A stretch of DNA of 64,000 nucleotides from Eledone cirrhosa (taxonomy: Eukaryota). Below, in pieces: positions 41,553 through 54,531 of this stretch; position 1 is the stretch's first letter, and each line of letters opens with the position of its first letter. The stretch lies in assembly GCA_964016885.1 (NCBI GenBank), contig OZ024765.1, forward strand, positions 11,408,001 through 11,472,000. The letters are read 5' to 3'. The notes below the pieces were generated by a model that saw only the letters and a program-made list of their open reading frames with translations, had not been told where the DNA came from and did not search any database. The translations under genes were made by a program, and so were the position numbers.

Positions 41553-41997
41553 GTAGGAGGTGAGTTTTATTGTAGTACAATAAAGCAATGCAGATATCGG
41601 ATAAGAAGCACTCTACAGTTTGTAGGACTGGAGTATACATAATATATAAGATCAAAAGATGGTTAAAGGAGTTCCATGTATTTTATTATGCGCATTTCAA
41701 AAACAAACATCATCATGCAATAATATTTGTGTTTTCATCAGATAAAACAGGAGGACATGATATGAAGGCTAAAAAACACTTGTGGATAGTGCAGTTTTAA
41801 ATCAACATATGTTGATAGTGCAGTTTTAAATCAACATATGTTGATTTAAAACTGCACTATCCACAAGTGTTTTTTAGCCTTCGTATCATGTCCTCCTGTT
41901 TTATCTGATGAAAACACAAATATTATTGCATGATGATGTTTGTTTTTGAAATGCGCATAATAAAATACATGGAACTCCTTTAACCATGTTTTGATCT

Positions 41998-42005
<8 letters not shown>
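41550..42005 (-). mobile_element. Palindromic PLE-type element with hammerhead motifs plus tail
   Basis: Arms 41641-~41810 / ~41840-42005; UUUUAU-CUGAUGA 41905...GAAA 41948-UGCGCA-UA-AUAAAA; tail ACTCCAG...GAGTGCTT on the minus strand. Confidence 0.85.
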
Positions 42006-42038
<33 letters not shown>

Positions 42039-42149
42039 ATATACATATATGTCATTTGGAAGTTGATATTTTGAACATTACTAAATAAAATTATGATGCT
42101 TTCACCACCTCCTCCCAAGTTTTTTATATATATATATATATATATATAA

Positions 42150-42300
42150 AACATGGGAGGAGGTGGTGAAAGCAGACCTCAGATTGCTGAAGCTCACGGA
42201 GATGACAAAAGACCATGACGAATGGAGAGATGCCATGCTTAATAAGACCCATCCCACCTTTGCAAGCAAGGAAAAGCGGACATAAAATGATGATAATGAT
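42150..42300 (+). mobile_element. 5'-truncated RTE 3' end with a short 5' inversion
   Basis: KTWEEVVKADLRLLKLTEMTKD...; 42098-42122 is the reverse complement of 42147-42173. Confidence 0.8.
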
Positions 42301-42315
42301 ATATAACCCCCCAAA

Positions 42316-42346
<31 letters not shown>

Positions 42347-42348
<2 letters not shown>

Positions 42349-42640
42349 AGGAAAAAAGATGAAATCAAAAATACAACTGGAGTCTTTTTTTTTTTAAAAA
42401 TATATATTTATTTGGTTCCTTTACCGGTTTCGCAGTTCTTCTGCTTTTCAAAAGTAGTGTTGAGATGGAGGGTTTGTGGTTTTTCTCACATCAGATGTGA
42501 GAAAAACCACAAACCCTCCATCTCAACTCTACTTTTGAAAAGCAGAAGAACTGCGAAACCGGTAAAGGAACCAAATAAATATATATTTAAAAAAAAAAAA
42601 GACTACAGTTGTATTTTTGATTTCATCTTTTTTCCTTATA
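42347..42640. mobile_element. ~290-bp near-perfect palindrome with a degenerate hammerhead core
   Basis: Centre CTCACATC-A-GATGTGAG at 42493; UUGAAAA-GCAG(AAGAA)CUGC-GAAA-CCGG-UA. Confidence 0.65.
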
Positions 42641-42696
42641 CTTTCACTCGTGTAGGACACTTCATTTTTTTTTTCATTTTGTAAAAAAAACCTCAC

Positions 42697-42738
<42 letters not shown>

Positions 42739-43374
42739 TGTGCGTGTATATATATATATATATATGTATGTGTGAATATATATATATGTATGTATATACG
42801 GACGTTAAAATTGAATAAATAAATAAATAAAATATATATATGTGTATGTATAAATATATGTACATGCATATATATATATATGTATGTATGTGTGTGTGTG
42901 CAAATATATATAAATATATAATTCATTAAATTTCTCAAAATGTTTGGCTATTTTCAGAATCAATCCAAACACATAAGCAGTGTATTTCATTAGAAATACG
43001 GTAATGAAAGGGTTAAAATTAAACTGTCTGTCCCCAAAACAATAACCCCTAGTTCCACACATATTGATCTCCTCCTCAATTTTATTTTAACCCTATTGAT
43101 ACCAAACCACCTGAAAAATACTTAGCTTTATGACATAAAAATGTTCATACTTACATTAAAACTTTCCATCATAATTTTATTTTAGAAATCTTGAAAACAA
43201 TTAGCCCACCTGGGTCACATTCGTTTAAAAATATTTTTTAAAAATCATGTTCACTTAAAAATAATTTTTAAATAATTTTAATATACATGGACATGTATAT
43301 AATGTGAAATGAAACTGTGTGTGTATATATATATATATATGTGGGTGTCTGTGATCTATATACACTGGTCATAG

Positions 43375-43405
<31 letters not shown>

Positions 43406-43511
43406 CACACAACAAGACATACACACACATATATATATATACACACAACAACACCACCAGCTCTCTCTTATATTCTCCTTCTCTGTCTCCTCTCCCTCCC
43501 TGTTTATGAAG

Positions 43512-43664
43512 GTACCCGGAAAAACCCCACATCTCGGGAACCCGTGCTTCGATTTATGCAAAACTTGTTTTATTCCATTTGTACCCCCATTTCAGGGTCA
43601 ACTTCCTTTCAAAGTATTTTCCCATTATGCGTCCTTTTGGCTGTATTACATTACAGACAAGCAA
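43512..43664 (+). CDS. Candidate internal exon (51 codons), extracellular-domain-like
   Basis: Pyrimidine tract plus AG, open VPGKTPHLGNPCFDLCKTC...FWLYYITDKQ, GTATGC donor. Confidence 0.4.
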
Positions 43665-43898
43665 GTATGCATTTACAAACTTTTAGTAATATATAGACGT
43701 TCTAAATAACAGCTTACTAATCAAAACAGAGTTATTTTATCAAATTTCTCCAAACATTATGTTATTTTCTAAATTAGTTGAAAGCCATAGGCAGTGTATT
43801 TCATTAGAAATATGGTAACGAAAGGGTTAATGAATAAGTACATATCAATCACTGGTCTTGCAAATTATTAGTCTGTTGAATAAATTTGATTTGTCTTC

Positions 43899-44089
43899 CT
43901 AATTGATCTTCTTTTGTGAATAATTAGCTAGTGTGAGCTTTTTCTGAAACTCCTCTGCTACAGTAAATCTCCATTTCACACTTATATTTCCGCGCTTGAA
44001 CGGGTTAGCAATGTGTATTATAAGTAATCTGTTGTTGTAAATGAGTAGCATGTCTGAGTTCATGGTGAACCACATCAGCTCAATTTGAT
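43899..44089 (-). pseudogene. Exon-like island, SEA-domain-like
   Basis: CAG acceptor; QIELMWFTMNSD...IHIANPFKRGNISVKWRFTV (F..G.I.V motif); ends in a stop with no clear donor. Confidence 0.35.
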
Positions 44090-44104
44090 CTGTCATTAAT
44101 ATAA

Positions 44105-44660
44105 GTGCTATAGTAATTGATGAAATAACAAGGATTTACTCAGCTCAACTTGATCAACGTGATATTGTAATTGATGAAATAACAAGGACCTACTCAGCTC
44201 AACTTGAACCAAGTATTATAGTAATTGATGAAATAACAAGCTCAACTTGAACCAACTGATATTGTAATCAAAATAACAAAGATTTACTCAGCCCAACTTG
44301 AACTAAGTTTTATAGTAAATGATGAAATAACAAGCTCAACTTGAACCAAGTGTTATAGTAATTGATGAATTAACAAGGACTTACTCAGTTCAACTTGAAC
44401 CAAGTAATATAGTAATTGATGAAACAACAAGGATTTACTCAGCTCAACTTGAACCAATTAGTATAGTAATTAATGAAATAATAAGGACTTGTTCAGCTCA
44501 ACTTGAACCAAGTAATATAGTAATTGATGAAACAACAAGGATTTATTCAGCTCAACTTGAACCAAGAAATATAGTAATTGATGAATTAACAAGGACTTAC
44601 TCAGCTCAACTTGAAACAAGTAATATAGTAATTGACAAAATAATAAGGACTTAATCCAGA
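44105..44660. repeat. 54-bp minisatellite, ~10 copies
   Basis: GCTCAACTTGAACCAAGTAATATAGTAATTGATGAAA.AACAAGGA.TTA.TCA. Confidence 0.95.
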
Positions 44661-44909
44661 TATTACCATACAATCTGTTATTCAGATATAGTGTATCTAG
44701 GATTACAGATCAACCTTGTATGTGGCCTATATTCAAAGATATTCCAAGTGTTATAGGTTCATACAAACATATTCTAAAACTACTAGAGCAACTCAATTAG
44801 CTAACAAACACATACAGATCTTACCTATATAATTCAATTCATCTGTAACAGAAGAGAAATTTTAGAAGAGTAGCTCAACTTGATTCATCTTCAATGAATA
44901 TAATATTAG

Positions 44910-45086
44910 AGTTGATTATCAAAAGACATGAGTGGTCTTTTCAACATAACTTTAACCATTGTTAATAAAAGTGACAATGCAACAGAGATCAGCCAAGGAG
45001 ACATATCAATCTTGACTTCTGTACTAGCAACCATCTTTGTAAGATCAAATATTACAGTGAGATATCAAAGGATATACCACAACTTT
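44910..45086 (+). pseudogene. Exon-like island resembling adhesion-GPCR GAIN subdomain A
   Basis: LSKDMSGLFNITLTIVNKSDNATEISQGDISILTSVLATIF...YHNF|GTAAGA; in-frame TGA at 44913. Confidence 0.5.
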
Positions 45087-45296
45087 GTAAGATTAAAGCA
45101 ATCTCTATTTATTTATCTATTCATTCATTTATTTATTATCTATGCTAGCGTGGAAGATGGATGTTAAACGATAATGATGATTTATTTATTGTTCACCACG
45201 AAGCAAGGTAAGAAAGCCACTGAAGGGCAAAGGGTTATCCCCGAGAAGGGAAACAACAAGACAAAGGGAACACACACACACACATACACATACACC

Positions 45297-45336
<40 letters not shown>

Positions 45337-45618
45337 TATACATATATATATACACATATATATACACACACACATACATATATACACATATATACACACA
45401 TATATACACACATATATATACACACATATATACACACATACATATATATATATATACACACATATATACACACACACACATATAAATATATATATATATA
45501 TATATATATCCAGTTCCTCAGTGAAATAACAACCCAACATGGAACTGGGCATATCAGAGTATTCACAATATTATACAGCTAAACAACATATGTACTTGTC
45601 TATACCACACTAATTCAA

Positions 45619-45819
45619 ACTGCCTGAAGAGGTCACAGCCAAAGATGGCTGTCACTGAAATATATATAGCAGTAATAAACGAAGCTAAATTTTAATCATT
45701 TGACTTTTATTTAACTTTATTTTACACTACTCCGGAGTAACCAAACCAACCTGCGCACTTCGTCGAGTGCTCCAGCCTGCATACTGAGGTGTTGGTATAC
45801 AACCAACATAAACTCAAAA

Positions 45820-45822
<3 letters not shown>
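45619..45822 (+). ncRNA. Best-formed type I hammerhead ribozyme motif plus PLE-type tail
   Basis: Stem I ACUGC/GCAGU, CUGAAGA 45624, stem II ACAGCCA/UGGCUGU, GAAA 45657, UAUAUA-UA; tail homologue on the minus strand at 47305-47390. Confidence 0.75.
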
Positions 45823-45870
<48 letters not shown>

Positions 45871-46219
45871 GTATATATATATGTATACATGTACATAAAT
45901 ATACATGTATATGTATATATATGATTATGTACATATATATACATGTATATGTACATATATATACATGTATATGTACATATATATACATGTATATGTACAT
46001 ATATGTGTGTGTGTGTGCATATATATGTGTGTGTGTGTGTTAATTTACTGTTCTGACTTTTTTATGCTTTGAGTTCGAATTCTGCTGAAGTCAACTTTGT
46101 TTTTCATCCTCCAAAGGTTGATAAAATATAGTACCAGTAATACACTGGATCCACATAATCAACTTCCCCACTTGCCACAAATTGTTGGCCTTGAGCCTAA
46201 ATTAGGAATCATTATTAAG

Positions 46220-47237
46220 CTGGTGTTTGGAAGATAACTTAACAAAGCTTCTTACACAAAATCACGATGGAAGATTTTTAGATAAATATGAACAGTTTAA
46301 AATACAGTTTTATATCATAGAACCATTGTTTGGAACATAACTTAACAAAGGTTTTTAGATGCAGCTATAATGTTGTACGTTGGGAGGGTCATGCAGCCAA
46401 TAAAATAGATAAATATAAACACTTTAAATTAAACAGCTTAGTATCACCGAACCATTGTTTGGAACATAACTTAACAAAGGTTTTTAGATGCAGTCAGCTA
46501 TAATGTAAATGTTATACTTTAAAATAAACAGTTATATCATAAAACCAGAGCCTATTAAGCAGATGTTTGGAACACCACTTAACACAAGTTCCTAGATAAA
46601 TCATGATGGGAACTTTTTAAAACAGCTTAGTTTGATATGTTTTGGAACATAACTTAACAAAGGTTCTTAGGTAGAATTATAATGGACGGTTTTTAGATAA
46701 ATACAAACAGCTAGGTATCACAAATGCAGTGTTAGGAACTTAACAAAGATTCTTATATTAAATTATGATGGAAGGCTTTTAGGTAAATGTAAACAGCTTA
46801 GTATCGTAGAACCAGTGTTTGGAAGATAACTTAAGGAAGGTTCTAACATTAAATTATGATGGAAGGCTTTTAGGTAAATGTAAACAGCTTAGTATCATAG
46901 AATCAGTGTTTGGAAGATAACTTAATGAAGGTTCTAACATTAAATTATGATGGAAGGCTTTTAGGTAAATGTAAACAGCTTAGTATCATAGAACCAGTGT
47001 TTGGAAGATAACTTAAGGAAGGTTCTAACATTAAATTATGATGGAAGGCTTTTAGGTAAATGTAAACAGCTTAGTATCGTAGAACCAGTGTTTGGAAGAT
47101 AACTTAAGGAAGGTTCTAACATTAAATTATGATGGAACGCTTTTAGGTAAATGTAAACAGCTTAGTATCGTAGAACCAGTGTTTGGAAGATAACTTAAGG
47201 AAGGTTCTAACATTAAATTATGATGGAAGGCTTTTAG
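46220..47237. repeat. 91-bp tandem repeat (5 near-identical copies plus degenerate upstream copies)
   Basis: AGGTAAATGT recurs at 46781, 46872, 46963, 47054, 47145. Confidence 0.95.
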
Positions 47238-47304
<67 letters not shown>

Positions 47305-47392
47305 ATTCGAATATGTGTTGGTTAATCACCGACACTTAAGTATGCAAGGTAGAGCATTCGACGAAGTGCGCAGGTGGGTCTGTATACTCTAG

Positions 47393-47522
47393 TGTATATT
47401 CATATTTATCAAGCATCTCCAAATTGCAGGACATATCATGGAAGCCTACAAATGTGAAACAAATGTGGAAGACCTCTCAAGACATTAAAAAAGAGTCATT
47501 AAATAAGATACAGCTCTATGCG
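47393..47522 (+). CDS. Candidate exon continuing the GAIN-A-like helices
   Basis: YLSSISKLQDISWKPTNVKQMWKTSQDIKKESLNKIQLYA|GTGAAG resembles 'F...+S.L....N...W...Q'; the acceptor side abuts a PLE tail. Confidence 0.4.
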
Positions 47523-47559
47523 GTGAAGAACTGAGGGAGTTAATGTTGGAATGTGTGAG

Positions 47560-49342
47560 GTGGAAAGGTTTTATCATGTCACCACAAAGATTTAGAGCTA
47601 TCTGAAGAACTGAGGTAGGAAAGCTTTGATCATGTGAGATGGAAAGGTTTTATCATCTCACCACAAAGATATAGAGCTATCTGGTGAAAAACTGAGACAG
47701 GAAAGGTTTTATCATGTCACCACAAAAATATAGAGCTATCTGGTGAAAAACTGAGACAGGAAAGGTTTTATGTCACCACAAAGATATAGAGCTATCTGGG
47801 TAAAAACTGAGACAGGAAAGGTTTTATCATCTCACCACAAAGATATAGAGCTATCTGGGTAAAAACTGAGACAGGAAAGGTTTTATCATCTCACCACAAA
47901 GATATAGAGCTATCTGGGTAAAAACTGAGACAGGAAAGGTTTTATCATGTCACCACAAAAATATAGAGCTATCTGGTGAAAAACTGAGACAGGAAAGGTT
48001 TTATCATGTTACCACAAAGATATAGAGCTATCTGGGTAAAAACTGAGACAGGAAAGGTTTTATCATGTCACCACAAAGATATAGAGCTATCTGGGTAAAA
48101 ACTGAGACAGGAAAGGTTTTATCATCTCACCACAAAGATATAGAGCTATCTGGTGAAAAACTGAGACAGGAAAGGTTTTATCATGTCACCACAAAGATAT
48201 AGAGCTATCTGGGTAAAAACTGAGACAAGAAAGGTTTTATCATGTCACCACAAAGATATAGAGCTATCTGGGTAAAAACTGAGACAGGAAAGGTTTTATC
48301 ATGTCACCACAAAGATATAGAGCTATCTGGGTAAAAACTGAGACAGGAAAGGTTTTATCATGTCACCACAAAGATATAGAGCTATCTGGTGAAAAACTGA
48401 GACAGGAAAGGTTTTATGTCACCACAAAAATATAGAGCTATCTGGTGAAAAACTGAGACAGGAAAGGTTTTATGTCACCACAAAAATATAGAGCTATCTG
48501 GTGAAAAACTGAGACAAGAAAGGTTTTATCATGTCACCACAAAGATATAGAGCTATCTGGGTAAAAACTGAGACAGGAAAGGTTTTATGTCACCACAAAG
48601 ATATAGAGCTATCTGGGTAAAAACTGAGACAGGAAAGGTTTTATCATGTCACCACAAAGATATAGAGCTATCTGGTGAAAAACTGAGACAGGAAAGGTTT
48701 TATCATGTCACCACAAAGATATAGAGCTATCTGGGTAAAAACTGAGACAGGAAAGGTTTTATCATGTCACCACAAAGATATAGAGCTATCTGGTGAAAAA
48801 CTGAGACAGGAAAGGTTTTATGTCACCACAAAAATATAGAGCTATCTGGGTAAAAACTGAGACAGGAAAGGTTTTATCATCTCACCACAAATATATAGAG
48901 CTATCTGGTGAAAAACTGAGACAGGAAAGGTTTTATCATGTCACCACAAAGATATAGAGCTATCTGGTGAAAAACTGAGACAGGAAAGGTTTTATCATGT
49001 CACCACAAAGATATAGAGCTATCTGGTGAAAAACTGAGACAGGAAAGGTTGTATCATGTCACCACAAAGATATAGAGCTATCTGGTGAAAAACTGAGACA
49101 GGAAAGGTTTTATCATGTCACCACAAAGATATAGAGCTATCTGGTGAAAAACTGAGACAGGAAAGGTTTTATCATGTCACCACAAAGATATAGAGCTATC
49201 TGAAGAACTGAGGTAGGAAAGCTTTGATCATGTGAGATGGAAAGGTTTTATCATGTCACCACAAATATATAGAGCTATCTGAAGAACTGAGCTAGGAAAG
49301 GTTTGATCATGTGAGATGGAAAGGTTTTGTCATGTCACCACA
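47560..49342. repeat. 59-bp minisatellite, ~28 copies
   Basis: GAAAGGTTTTATCATGTCACCACAAAGATATAGAGCTATCTGGTGAAAAACTGAGACAG. Confidence 0.97.
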
Positions 49343-49529
49343 ATGAATCTCGTAGTAGCAGTATAAATGACATTGTCATGTATGGTTTAAACAACTTATT
49401 GATATTTCACTCGCAACTAGATTCATGTTTAATACAATTACTACTGCAAAGGAATACATCAGGATCTGTCTCTGACATTTTCATTTGAAGATGATTCCAT
49501 CCTTTGATATATTATATTCCAATAACTAT

Positions 49530-50170
49530 TGTAGAGTCTGACCTTCCAACTGAACGATGATGGTTTTGAATACAACTGCTAATACAATTACACAACTTAA
49601 GAAACTTATTGACTTTGTCAGCTCAAGTTCATTTATCTTTAATGAACTGATAATACAGTCCAACATCTATGCTTATGGAACAGTCTGACCTTCTCAGTTG
49701 AACTTGATGTCTTAAATATACTTGGTAATGCCAGGCTATTGAATAGTTTATGAAACCCACTTATATTGTTGGCTCAAGTTGATCCAAGTTTAATATAGTT
49801 GATATTACAATGGAGCAGCTTAGTTCACCAATAGTTTGATCTTATCAACTGAACTCTATATCTTAAATACACTTGGTAATGCCAGACTATTGAACAGTTT
49901 ATGAAACCTACTGATTTAGTTGGCTCAAGTTGATCCAAGTTTAATACAGTTGACATTACAATGGAGCAGCTTAGCTTAGCAAGGATTGAACTTATCAACT
50001 GAATTTGATGTCTTAAATATACTTGGTAATGTCAAGTTATTGAACAGTTTGTGAAAGCTACTAATATTGTTGGCTCAAGTTGATCCAAGTTTAATGAAAT
50101 TATCATAATGGAAAAGCTTAGCTCACCAATAGTTTGATCTTATCAGCTGAACTTGATATCTTAAATACAC
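49530..50170. repeat. Diverged ~150-bp tandem repeat, ~4 copies
   Basis: GGCTCAAGTTGATCCAAG at 49771, 49922, 50072. Confidence 0.85.
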
Positions 50171-50553
50171 TTAAAATAGCTGGTAGATAGTCTTAACATT
50201 TCGGACACTAGTCCTTCATCAAAAGATAGAATTAGTAATAAAAGATTAATAGAAAATAAAGAGTGATGAGAGGAAGGAACGGGGAAAAGGAGAAAAAAAC
50301 ACACATGTATTCAGTTGACCATATATATATATATAAAAGTTTAAATGAATTCATAATACAACCATATACAGGCAAAAACCATTTAAGTAATCAATTCTGA
50401 TGAGATTATGATAACAGGAATGGAATATTCCGGTTATTTTAACGAAAACAACCATAAATCAATTATATGATGCAATTTAAATCCTTGTTAATCCCTATTA
50501 TTTATATATATATATGTGTGTGTGTGTATATACATACATACATACACGCACAC

Positions 50554-50585
<32 letters not shown>

Positions 50586-50628
50586 ATATGTATATACATA
50601 CATATACACATAAATAAATATATTTATA

Positions 50629-50671
<43 letters not shown>

Positions 50672-51174
50672 ATAAAAATATATATATATATGTGTGTATA
50701 AAAAATATATATAAATATAAATAAATATATATATAAGAGTGTATGTGTATATATATATATATAAATATGGATATGTAGATAGCTAGATAGATAAATAGAT
50801 AGAGATATAAATAGATAAATTAGGTAGGTAGAAAGAGAGAGGGTGAGAGAGAGAGAGGCATGCATATATGCAGATTAATACACTAACTCACCTGCATGTG
50901 TAGACAGACCACATGCATACATACATACACACATACATTCATGCATACATACATACACACATACAAGCATATATGCATTCATACAAACATGCATTCATAC
51001 ACATACATATGCTTACATATATACATACATACACACATACAAACATACATACATACACATTCACATATGCTTACATATATACATACATACACATATACAT
51101 TCATGCATACATACACACACACACATACACACACACATACATACATACACACATACAGACATACAAACATACAT

Positions 51175-51485
51175 CTACGGACCATTGATGAGGAGTTTAC
51201 AAATCCAGTATCCAAGATACACCTTTAGTTTCATACCCATCATTATTGGAGCTACGGGTTATATACCAACCCGCTTGGTCCAAAGTATGACTGAACTTGG
51301 ATTTGCGGACAAAAAGCGCAGCTCCCTAATTCATAGTCTACAAATGGCTGCGATAGCTGGCACCTTCAAAATTTGCAAAACATTCTTGCGATTCAAGGGA
51401 TGACAATTTCTTTTCTTTTACAACCTTGCCACCAGGAAGGTGGCCAGTCAAAAATATATACTCGAAATTAAGAGAAAGAGATAAC
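51175..51485 (+). mobile_element. 3' end of a restriction-like-endonuclease non-LTR element (R4/Dong-like)
   Basis: YGPLMRSLQIQYPRYTFSFIPIIIGATGYIP...LGF...LQMAAIAGTFKICKTFL*; flanked by (CATA)n. Confidence 0.8.
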
Positions 51486-53049
51486 ATACACACATACAAA
51501 CATGCATTCATACACATATACATATGCTTACATATATACATACACATAATACATTCATGCATACATACACACATACATACATGCATACATACATACATAC
51601 ATACACACATACACATATGCATACATACATACATACACAGATACATAGAAACATACATTTATACATACATATGCATACAAACATACATACTTACACGCAT
51701 ATATGCACATATACATTCATATCCATGCATGCATACATACACACATACATACATAGAAACATGCATGCATACATACATAGAAACATACATGTATACATAC
51801 ATACATACACATGCATACATACATACATACATACAGATACATACATATATACATACACACATACATACATATATACATACACACATACATACATATATAT
51901 ACACACACACATACATACATATATACATACATACACAGATACATACATATATACACACATACATACATATATACATACACACATACATACATATATACAT
52001 ACACACATACATATATATACACACACACATACATGCAGGTCCATTAGCTATCTGACCTTTGAAGGTCAATGTTGAAAAGTTACATGGTAGGAGGGAAGAA
52101 GCTGGTATGAGTAAGAGGAGAGTCAGTATTGAAGGGGGGGGGACCTACTCACCTCCACCTCTCTTCACCTTTACATTCAACCACCACCACCACCACCACC
52201 TCCATACACATACCTGTAATAACTGAGAGGGAAGGGGAGGAGAGAGGGAAGTGAGAGTGGGGTGTGCTGTCTCACCTCTCTCTCTCTCTCCTTCACCTCC
52301 TCTCAACACACAGACATGAAAGAAATGAAGGCGGGGGGGGGGGGGGTCAACTACCCACCCTCCCCCCTCCTCTTCCACACCTGCTCCTCATCCTACCACA
52401 ACCAACACACACGTGAAAGAAGAAGAAGAAGAAGAAGAAGAAGAAGAAGAAGAAGAAGAAGAAGAAGAAGAAAAAGAAGAAAATGAAAATGAAGAAGAAG
52501 AAAAAGAAGAAGAAAAAGAAGAAGAAAAAGAAGAAGAAAAAGAAGAAGAAAAAAAAGAAAACGAAGAAGAAGAAAATGATGAAGAAGAAGAAGAAGAAGA
52601 ACAAGAACAAGAAAAAGAAGAAGAAGAAAATGAAGAAGAACAAGAACAAGAACAAGAAAAAGAAGAAGTATAAGAAGAAAATGAAGAAGAAGAAACAACA
52701 GTCTTCATTGATCCATGATGGTTGTGGTGGTGAAGGTGAAGGTCTTAGATGATTGACAAGAAACCACTCAATGCATGTCTGTCTGTCAGTCTATCTGTCA
52801 GTCTGTCTGTCTGTCTGTCTGTTTATAATTTTACAAATGTTTTCCCAATAGAGAGAGAGTCAGTTTCTAACATAGACACAAGACTCTCTCATTGGAATTT
52901 TCACAACATCAACTAGGTAGATATGTCTGCATGTCTGCATGCATGTGTGTGCAGGTATGGACGTTATTGTATGTGTGGATGTGTATGTTTTGAGTTGTAT
53001 GTGTGCATGTGTATATGCTTTGTATCTGTACATGTGTATATACAGTTAT

Positions 53050-53246
53050 TAGATGCAACATTTTTGGAATGTTTTCCATAATTTTACTGTTCCATTAATG
53101 GATTATACTTGTAATTTCCTAACTAGTCGTGGTCCTTCTGTTTCTGTGAAGCCCAGCTTCTCAAGATTTGTATTGAGACAGTTACTAACATATCCCAGTG
53201 CCCCGATAATCACAGGTATAAATCTGAAGGTATAATCAGGGTGGAG
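53050..53246 (-). mobile_element. Second, divergent RLE non-LTR 3' end
   Basis: HPDYTFRFIPVIIGALGYVSNCLNTNLEKLGF...LVRKLQV; 5' junction lies in (CATA)n. Confidence 0.8.
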
Positions 53247-53998
53247 TATGTATGTATGTATGTTTCTTTTGTATGCATGGTTGTATGTATGTATGTTTAT
53301 TTTGTATGCATGTATGCATGTTTGTATGTATGTATGTTTATTGTGTATGCATGTTTGTATGTATGTATGTTTATTATGTATGCATGTTTGTATGTATGTA
53401 TGTTTATTTTGTATGCATGTATGCATGTTTGTATGTATGTATGTTTATTTTGTATGCATGTATGCATGTTTGTATGTATGTATGTTTATTGTGTATGCAT
53501 GTTTGTATGTATGTATGTTTATTATGTATGCATGTTTGTTTGTATGTATGTTTATTTTGTATGCATGTATGCATGTTTGTATGTATGTATGTTTATTATG
53601 TATGCATGTTTGTTTGTATGTATGTTTATTTTGTATGCATGTATGCATGTTTGTATGTATGTATGTTTATTTTGTATGCATTTATGCATGTTTGTTTGTA
53701 TGTATGTTTATTTTGTATGCATGTATGCATGTTTGTATGTATGTATGTTTATTTTGTATGCATGTATGCATGTTTGTATGTATGTATGCAACAGGTTGTA
53801 CTGGATTACATGTTACCAGTAGAACTCATGTTACCTCACCAAGTTCACTTGGTGAGGAGGGTGATTTTGAACACCGTGCAGGACGAAGGGCGAAAGAACT
53901 CATAAGAGGCAACAGCCATCCAAAAATGTGTAAATATGTATATACATATGGATATATGTGTGTATGTATATATGTATATACATGTATATACATATATT

Positions 53999-54316
53999 AT
54001 GTCAGGTCAACAGTTGGTGCTACTGGTAACATGTATCCCAGTACAACCTGTCTCATGGTCGGGTCGTTGGCGACTAAACTGGCAACCCCACCAAGGTTTC
54101 TTGGTGAGGAGGGTGACTTTGGACATGCTGAAGGACTAAAAACAAAACCTGTCAAAGGGCAAAGGTGCTCTTAAGAGTCAATGGCCATCCAAAATCACCG
54201 GAAGGACCTGATGGCAGCCAACAGCACCTGGCACGGTCTTGAAAAAGTTGCCACTGATCGTGACCATTGGCGAGTACTTACTGCTCGATGCCCCGAACGG
54301 CGCGGAAGAATCTAAG
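53999..54316 (+). mobile_element. Bipartite non-autonomous RTE derivative
   Basis: The 200-bp 5' part is nearly identical to 62569-62771; 3' part reads RKDLMAANSTWHGLEKVATDRDHWRVLTARCPERRGRI*. Confidence 0.75.
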
Positions 54317-54323
54317 ATATATA

Positions 54324-54517
54324 TATAATTGTTTCTACTTTAGGCACAAGGCCAGCAATTACCCAGTGCATTACTGGTACTTTATTTTATCGACCCCGTA
54401 AGGATGAAAGGCAAAGTTGACCTCGGCGGGATTTGAACTCGGAATGGAAAGGGCCGTAACTCTATGCGTCAAAGCATGGCGTCCGACGCTCTACCGATAC
54501 AGCCAATCCAACGCCCT
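54324..54517 (-). mobile_element. SINE family A with 15-bp target-site duplication
   Basis: AATCTAAGATATATA at 54309 and 54518; further copies at 46045-46215, 55135-55318, 56110-56235, 61430-61590. Confidence 0.9.
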
Positions 54518-54531
54518 AATCTAAGATATAT

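Noticed and set aside
44105-44660. Microexon array (minus strand AAG|TTGAGCTGA|GTAAGT)
   Set aside because: Implied introns are only ~45 nt and the donor varies between units.
47560-49342. CRISPR-like regular array
   Set aside because: Head-to-tail 59-bp units with no unique spacers, no cas genes and a eukaryotic context; the same applies to the 45-, 54-, 72- and 91-bp arrays.
49530-50170. LRR-coding repeat (LDVLNILGN)
   Set aside because: Stops in the frames translated and a 150/151-bp period that breaks frame.
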